Notes under the pieces: model-generated
The model's input: only the letters and a program-made list of their open reading frames with translations
Told to the model about the DNA's origin: nothing
The model's database searches: none
DNA from: a bacterium
GTDB taxonomy: Bacteria; UBA8248
DNA: 64,000 nt
Direction: 5' to 3'
NCBI GenBank assembly: GCA_965207065.1
Contig: OZ242260.1
Coordinates: forward strand, 3,712,001 to 3,776,000
Part shown: positions 58,926 to 64,000 of the stretch, piece by piece
How positions within the stretch are numbered: the stretch's first letter is position 1
How the letters are laid out: every line of letters starts with the position of its first letter
Program-made: the position numbers and the translations under genes

Positions 58926-59134
58926 TCACTCCCCCCTTGAGGGTCGGTCTATCCTCCTCGGGTAGACCGACGATGAAGACGAGCGGTTTGTGCGAAGTCT
59001 GAATCGGTGGGGGGTGAATCGCGTTTTATCGCCACTCCGAGTTATACCCCCCACCGAATCGCTTTCGGGCTTACGCCCTCAGCTCTTCGTCGGTCTACCC
59101 GAGGAGGATAGACCGACCCTCAAGGGGGGAGTGA
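58926..59134. repeat. 209-bp palindromic element with perfect 48-bp terminal inverted repeats (REPIN/MITE-like)
   Basis: 58926-58973 is the exact reverse complement of 59087-59134; inner 12-bp IR at 59004-59015/59046-59057. Confidence 0.85.
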
Positions 59135-59316
59135 AATTCACCGCGCTCCTTTTGTGAGGTTTTTCAACAGCCACCTCAAGGGGGGAGTGGTTCTCTTCTC
59201 TCTCGTCGGTTGGCGATGCTACCCAAGTGCGAAGCCCGCAACCGCGCCGATGGGGAACAGGTTCTCCTCTCCTGAAATTTATCCCCCACCGTCAATTCCC
59301 GCATCGGGTCTCTACG

Positions 59317-60309
59317 TCACGCTCGCAGGCAACCGTCCAGAAACCCGAACGCTTGTTCTTCGGCCCAGTAGGCCGGCGAGCGGGGGTTCCCTCCAGCCAC
59401 AAATCCCACGTGCCCGCCATTTTTTACCAAAACGCCGCTCAGCCACTCCGATTCCGCCACTTCCCGGTGAGGAAAAACGTGGGGCGGCACGATGGGGTCG
59501 TCTTCCGCGGAGAGGATGAGCGTTTTTACGCGAACATGGGGCAGATAAGGCGAAGCGTCGGCTTTCTCATAATAATCAAGCTCATCCCGGAAACCATAGA
59601 GCGGCGCGATGACGAGGCGGTCGAAATGGTGAAAAGTCCGCGCGCGGCGCACCCCCTCGATGTCGATGAGGCCGGGGTGCAGTTTCACGAAACGCTCCGC
59701 TTTTCTCTTGACGCTGCTCAGCAGGTGCCACCTGTAGAAATAGCCGGCCACGGAATCGAGCACTTTCGCGCATGCGGCAGGATTGATACTCGCGGATATG
59801 CAGGCGGCGCCGCGTATGCGGGCGGATACCCCATCGCCACATTCACCGAGCCACTTGAGCAGGACGTTCCCTCCCAGGGAGAAGCCCGCCAGCACGAGCG
59901 GCCCGCTGAACCGCTCCAGGATCCGCCCCGCCACGAAGCCCGGATCCCCCGTTTCTCCGCAATGGTAGAACCTGGGGTTCCGGTTCGGCTCGCCGCTGCA
60001 GGAGCGGTAGTTGAGCGCCAGCGTCCGCCAGCCGAGCGCGCGCGCCCTGGCCGCCGCGCCGCGCACGTAATGGGAATCGGCAGAACCTTCCAGGCCGTGC
60101 AGGACGAGCAGCGTCGGGGCGTCCGGATCGTCTGCGTCCAAAAAATCGACGTCCACGAAATCGCCGTCGGGCGTATCCCAACGCTCGCGCCGCCAGGGGA
60201 TGCGCGGGCGTTTTCTCAAATAATATCCCCAAACGCTCTGGAGATGCCGGCCCCGGCAATACCAGGCCGGGCGGAAAGGGGGGGTGAGCGAAGATTTTTT
60301 AAGTTTCAT
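59317..60309 (-). CDS. YheT-family alpha/beta hydrolase
   Basis: HLQS, HGLEGS, NYRSCSG, GFSLGGN, DDP, GGHVGF motifs. Confidence 0.93.
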   Translation of the reverse strand: MKLKKSSLTPPFRPAWYCRGRHLQSVWGYYLRKRPRIPWRRERWDTPDGDFVDVDFLDADDPDAPTLLVLHGLEGSADSHYVRGAAARARALGWRTLALNYRSCSGEPNRNPRFYHCGETGDPGFVAGRILERFSGPLVLAGFSLGGNVLLKWLGECGDGVSARIRGAACISASINPAACAKVLDSVAGYFYRWHLLSSVKRKAERFVKLHPGLIDIEGVRRARTFHHFDRLVIAPLYGFRDELDYYEKADASPYLPHVRVKTLILSAEDDPIVPPHVFPHREVAESEWLSGVLVKNGGHVGFVAGGNPRSPAYWAEEQAFGFLDGCLRA

Positions 60310-60320
60310 GCCGCGCGCAT

Positions 60321-60784
60321 GGGAGCTGTTGAATTACCTCGATGAACGAGGGTTTGACACGCGCGATGAAAGAGCAAGATTCACTCCCTCCTTGAGGGGT
60401 TGTTGGAAAAGTCCTCCACGGTCGGAATTGACCACCGCCGTCATTCCGGCGAAAGCCGGAATCCATTGTCGAGCTGGATGGCAATATTCCGGCTATTCAT
60501 CTCCAAGTCGTTTGAAGGAAGCAAGCAGAAAATAAAAAACAAAGGAAAAACAAATGGATTCCGTCGAACCCTCTCTCCTCGGTCGGTTCCGACACCGGAA
60601 TGACGATGCCTCTGCTTGGTCGATAAACAAGAATGTAGGGACAGGTCGCGACCTGTCCCTACCAAAACACAATCGCTCGCTCCTCGCTCATGTCAAACCC
60701 TCGTCCATCGGAGCTTTTTCAACAGCCCCCTCAAGGGAGGAGTGAAATCTAGCGCACTTCTTCCGACGCTTTTCCAACAACCCC
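60321..60784. mobile_element. nested non-autonomous MITE-like elements containing REP-like palindromes
   Basis: Inverted pairs 60321-60360/60690-60730 (imperfect), 60396-60411/60769-60784 (perfect 16 bp), 60381-60399/60726-60745; REP-like hairpins at 60439-60465 and 60635-60662; no transposase. Confidence 0.65.
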
Positions 60785-60800
60785 GTATGCGGGCGCGCGA

Positions 60801-61718
60801 TCAGGCGTCCTGATCTAGAAACGCTTTATAAATGCCCTCGCGGTGCGTCGGCGGGTCGAAGCGGTATTCCAGCTTGTATTTCTGCGCCAGCACCTGATAA
60901 AGACCCAGCGAATTACAGAAAAACGCGTTCGATGAGCAAACCAGCCAGATGCGGTAAATCCGGTACGTGCGCTCGCCGACGAGTTCCTTTATTTTCTGCG
61001 CGTTCGCCTCGAATTTCTCGTACCAGTGCTTGCACGTGCGCGCGTAGTGGAGTCTCAGATTCTCCACGTCCAGGATCTCCCAGCGCGCAAGCTCCATGAT
61101 GTCCTGAATGTGGGAGATGTTGTCCATCTCGCCGTTGGGGAAGACGTTACGCAGAAGAAATTCGTTCTGGCTCGATGGTTTCCAGAATTTGTTCGTCGTG
61201 ATCCCGTGGTTGAGGAACAAGCCGCCGTCGCGCAGGCGCTTTCTCACCGAAGTGAAGTAGCTCATATAGTTCGCAATGCCAACGTGCTCGATAATCCCGA
61301 TGGCGGAAATCTTGTCGAAAGTCCTCTCTTCGGGGAAATCGCGGTAATCCATGTGGTGGATCTCGCACCTGTCGTCGATGCCCTCGCGGCGCGCCCACTC
61401 CTGGCCCCACTTCGCCTGCTCGCGCGAGAGGGTGACGGCGGTGGCGTTCACGCCGTAGTGCTTCGCCGCCCAAATCGCCAGCGAACCCCACCCGCAGCCG
61501 ATGTCGAGATAGTCCTCTCCGGGCGAGAGCCTGAGCTTCCGGCAGACGAGGTCCATCTTGTCGCGCTGCGCCTGGGCGAGATCGCCGTCGGGTTCGCGGT
61601 AATAGGCGCACGTATAGAGCATGTTCTCGCACAGGAACTGCTCGTAGAACTCGTTGGAGAGATCGTAATGGTGCGATATCGCCTCGGCGTCGAATTCCTT
61701 TGTTCGCTCTTTTACCAT
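60801..61718 (-). CDS. cyclopropane-fatty-acyl-phospholipid synthase family methyltransferase (catalytic domain only)
   Basis: ISHHYDLSNEFY, YTCAY, LDIGCGWG, EHVG, VFP.G, HYART motifs. Confidence 0.93.
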   Translation of the reverse strand: MVKERTKEFDAEAISHHYDLSNEFYEQFLCENMLYTCAYYREPDGDLAQAQRDKMDLVCRKLRLSPGEDYLDIGCGWGSLAIWAAKHYGVNATAVTLSREQAKWGQEWARREGIDDRCEIHHMDYRDFPEERTFDKISAIGIIEHVGIANYMSYFTSVRKRLRDGGLFLNHGITTNKFWKPSSQNEFLLRNVFPNGEMDNISHIQDIMELARWEILDVENLRLHYARTCKHWYEKFEANAQKIKELVGERTYRIYRIWLVCSSNAFFCNSLGLYQVLAQKYKLEYRFDPPTHREGIYKAFLDQDA

Positions 61719-61737
61719 GGCAGCCTCAATGTTTTGT

Positions 61738-62850
61738 TCAACCGATTCCGAATGCGCCTTCCAGAACCAGCCGGCGTCTGAGCCAGGCGTTGCCGCAAAT
61801 GAATTTCGCCACGCCGAAAAGAACCTTATCCGGAAGACGATCGATCAATTTATCGAACAACCCTTCCCCGCCGCTTCCATATTTCTCATAGAGCGCCTCG
61901 CCGTATTCGGCGATGCCCTCCCCCGTATCCAGATACTCGTGCGCGGCCTCGGCCGCCATTTTAGCACTATGGACGGCGGGGCCGATGCCCTCTCCGCTGA
62001 AATCTTTCGCCAGGCCTGCGGCGTCGCCGATCAGGGCGAAGCCATCGCCCGCAGGCCGCCGGACGTGCCTGCGGTGAACCGAATAGGCGTGGCCGCGGAA
62101 TTTCGTGAGTTCCATCTTCGCGGGCAGCCTGCCCGTTTCGCGGAATTTTTCGAGCAGAATATCGAGACGCTCATGGACGCTCGGCTTCTTGCCGATGCAG
62201 CCGACGCCGATGTTCAAAAAATCCCCTTTGGTGAAATACCAGGCATAGCCCTTGAAGTCGGGTTCCGCAAACAACTCGGGCAAACCGTAGTTGGGCGCCA
62301 GGGCGCGGAGTTTCTCGGCGCCCACGTTCGTCTCGCTCTCCTGGGTCAGGACGACGGATTCTTTTGACGACACGTCGCCGAACGTTCTGGCCACAGGGCA
62401 GGTATGCCCCCCCGCGCCGATGACGAGCGGAGCCTCGATTTTCTCATCGCCAACATCAACGCGCATCCCGCCTGACGTTTTCTCCACGCCGCGCACCCTG
62501 ACGCCCTCTCGCACCTCGGCGCCCTCTTCCTGCGCGCGCCTCAGGAGCCAGGTGTCGAACTGGCTCCTGATGATCCCGTAGCTCGCGGGTTCGCTCCACC
62601 TGGTCTCCAGGAGCTTGTCGTCATAGCCCACGAAAACGCTTTGAAACGGCTGGATGGTGTGGGGGTATTCATTCGGGTCTAGTTTCAGGTCGCCCATCAC
62701 CTGCTTCGTCACCCAGCCCGCGCAGAGTTTTACGCGCGGGAACGCCGCTGCGTCGAGCACCAGGGCTCGGCGGCCGCGCTTCGCCAGCTCCCACGCGGCC
62801 GTGCTGCCGCCCGGGCCTCCTCCGACGACGATGACGTCCCAAGTACTCAT
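61738..62850 (-). CDS. geranylgeranyl-reductase-family FAD-dependent oxidoreductase
   Basis: VGGGPGGS, FPRVKLCAG, RSQFD, GYAWYF, GDAAG...GEGI motifs; ATGA overlap with upstream gene. Confidence 0.9.
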   Translation of the reverse strand: MSTWDVIVVGGGPGGSTAAWELAKRGRRALVLDAAAFPRVKLCAGWVTKQVMGDLKLDPNEYPHTIQPFQSVFVGYDDKLLETRWSEPASYGIIRSQFDTWLLRRAQEEGAEVREGVRVRGVEKTSGGMRVDVGDEKIEAPLVIGAGGHTCPVARTFGDVSSKESVVLTQESETNVGAEKLRALAPNYGLPELFAEPDFKGYAWYFTKGDFLNIGVGCIGKKPSVHERLDILLEKFRETGRLPAKMELTKFRGHAYSVHRRHVRRPAGDGFALIGDAAGLAKDFSGEGIGPAVHSAKMAAEAAHEYLDTGEGIAEYGEALYEKYGSGGEGLFDKLIDRLPDKVLFGVAKFICGNAWLRRRLVLEGAFGIG

Positions 62851-63203
62851 TCCGAGAGTTTCCATATGCGAAGGGCCAACTTGAATTTCTGCATCGTGGT
62901 CAATTCGATATTCTCGAAGCTGTCGGCCACCTTCATGGCCTCGAACAGATCGCCCTCGAAATCGATGACCGAGTTGCAATACGCCTCGGCGAAAGCATCC
63001 GCGGTGGGATTCAGTAGTATGTGCTTGAAAGAATCGAGCGAGGGGAACGTAATTTCCAGGGGCAGCACTTCGCGGCCCACGGATATCGTAGTCCCGTCCC
63101 ACATGCGGAAGCGGAGCCCGTGGTCCATATCGCCGAAAACGTCGCGGAGAATATCGGCGGCGCCGGGAACTGCGGAACGGCTCTTTACATGAGTTGACTG
63201 CAT
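62847..63203 (-). CDS. stand-alone protein resembling the N-terminal lipid-binding domain of long CFA synthases
   Basis: FRMWDGT...LLNP...FAEAY...IDFEGDLFEA; GGAGG RBS. Confidence 0.75.
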   Translation of the reverse strand: MQSTHVKSRSAVPGAADILRDVFGDMDHGLRFRMWDGTTISVGREVLPLEITFPSLDSFKHILLNPTADAFAEAYCNSVIDFEGDLFEAMKVADSFENIELTTMQKFKLALRIWKLSE

Positions 63204-63468
63204 GATGTCATCCTCCCATAGGGCGATAGGGGATGATATGTTCGACGCATTCTCTTAATTTGCAACTCGTCCATGGCCTCGTGTTGCGCCAGCGAGATAA
63301 CCTCAAGAAACCCCAACCTTCATACCTTTTGAATTAACGCTCATCGCGCATTCTGTCAACCCTTTTTTTCGGATCAATAGCGATTGATGAATGAATGATT
63401 GGCGCGACTGAGGAGTGAGGGGTTTCGGTTCGCCTACCGATGAGGGTTGTTCCTGATCCACGCAGAGG

Positions 63469-63538
63469 CGCCACCGTCATTCCGGCGCATGCCGGAATGG
63501 CGGCGAAACCTCCATCTCCGGGCTTTTTCAACAACCCC
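63469..63538. repeat. CGTCATTCC-type REP-like hairpin plus MITE-type end
   Basis: CGTCATTCCGGC-GCAT-GCCGGAATGGCG and CTTTTTCAACAACCCC, matching motifs at 60.4-60.8 kb. Confidence 0.6.
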
Positions 63539-63672
63539 GAGAAGGGAGCAATGGCGGTTGCGACAGAGAATGTCGTTTTCCACATGCGTCTATCGATATA
63601 ATAAAAATGCAGTTGATGCGTCAGATATATATGCTATATTTTCTGACATCTGGAAACAGAAGGAATCCACAA

Positions 63673-64000
63673 ATGAGTTCTGTGGCCAACAGGATTATGA
63701 AAAGGATATCCGAAAACGCCGGCGAGGGATGGGTTTGCGCGCCGAGGGACTTTCTGGATATCGGAAGCCGAGAGGCCGTCGATCAGGCCTTGTCGCGCCT
63801 CGTGAAGGCCGGAAAAGTGCGCCGGATCGGCCGCGGCTTGTACGACCAGCCGAGGATGAGCGCTGTGCTGAAGCGTACCGCCCCTGTCGACCTTGACGCC
63901 GCCATAGCCGCAATCGCCAGGAGGGACGGAATTCACGTCATGCCCGACGGCATGGCGGCCGCCAACGGACTCGGCCTCACGAACGCGGTTCCCGCCAGAC
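63673..64000 (+). CDS. DUF6088/AbiEi-like wHTH protein (type IV TA antitoxin-like), truncated by the window end
   Basis: Hand-translated MSSVANRIMKRI...DFLDIGSREAVDQALSRLVKAGKVRRIGRGLY...AANGLGLTNAVPA; AAGGA RBS. Confidence 0.82.
   Translation, partial: MSSVANRIMKRISENAGEGWVCAPRDFLDIGSREAVDQALSRLVKAGKVRRIGRGLYDQPRMSAVLKRTAPVDLDAAIAAIARRDGIHVMPDGMAAANGLGLTNAVPAR

Noticed and set aside
58926-60784. Repeats as a possible CRISPR array
   Set aside because: They are inverted and nested, not direct repeats with unique spacers, and no cas genes are present.

Overview
GC-rich bacterial chromosomal window with about 60 CDS and no rRNA, tRNA or CRISPR array that I can see. The gene content and repeat families suggest an uncultured marine lineage, possibly Nitrospinota/Tectomicrobia-like; this is inference only. 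Layout: ilvC and a tailed delta-9-type desaturase (0.1-2.9 kb); a small-molecule catabolic region with hydrolase, SDRs, a triple-Rid protein, a Liv-type ABC transporter, OYE, Zn-ADH, two Ldh_2 dehydrogenases and a UxaA/SuyAB-type lyase (3-19.7 kb); an SCO1664/DUF3090-like pair; a TetR-DegP-CopA-CopZ operon; a peptide ABC importer plus deacetylase divergent from an uncharacterised ATP-grasp / P-loop / ATP-grasp operon and an Npt-like-HEAT-cNMP fusion (30-42.5 kb); a dispersed b6-type Rieske/cytochrome b system with an octaheme cytochrome c and two small ORFs missed by the ORF track; nfi; relA/spoT; toxin-antitoxin and defence-like islets; ddl; nested REP/MITE-like repeats; and a split CFA-synthase operon with an FAD reductase between its halves. 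The best candidates for undescribed biology are the dual ATP-grasp operon, the split-Cfa plus reductase lipid-modification operon, the fragmented Rieske/cytb complex, and the FitA-like plus DUF4365-like nuclease islet. Family assignments come from motif recognition by eye; no searches were run.
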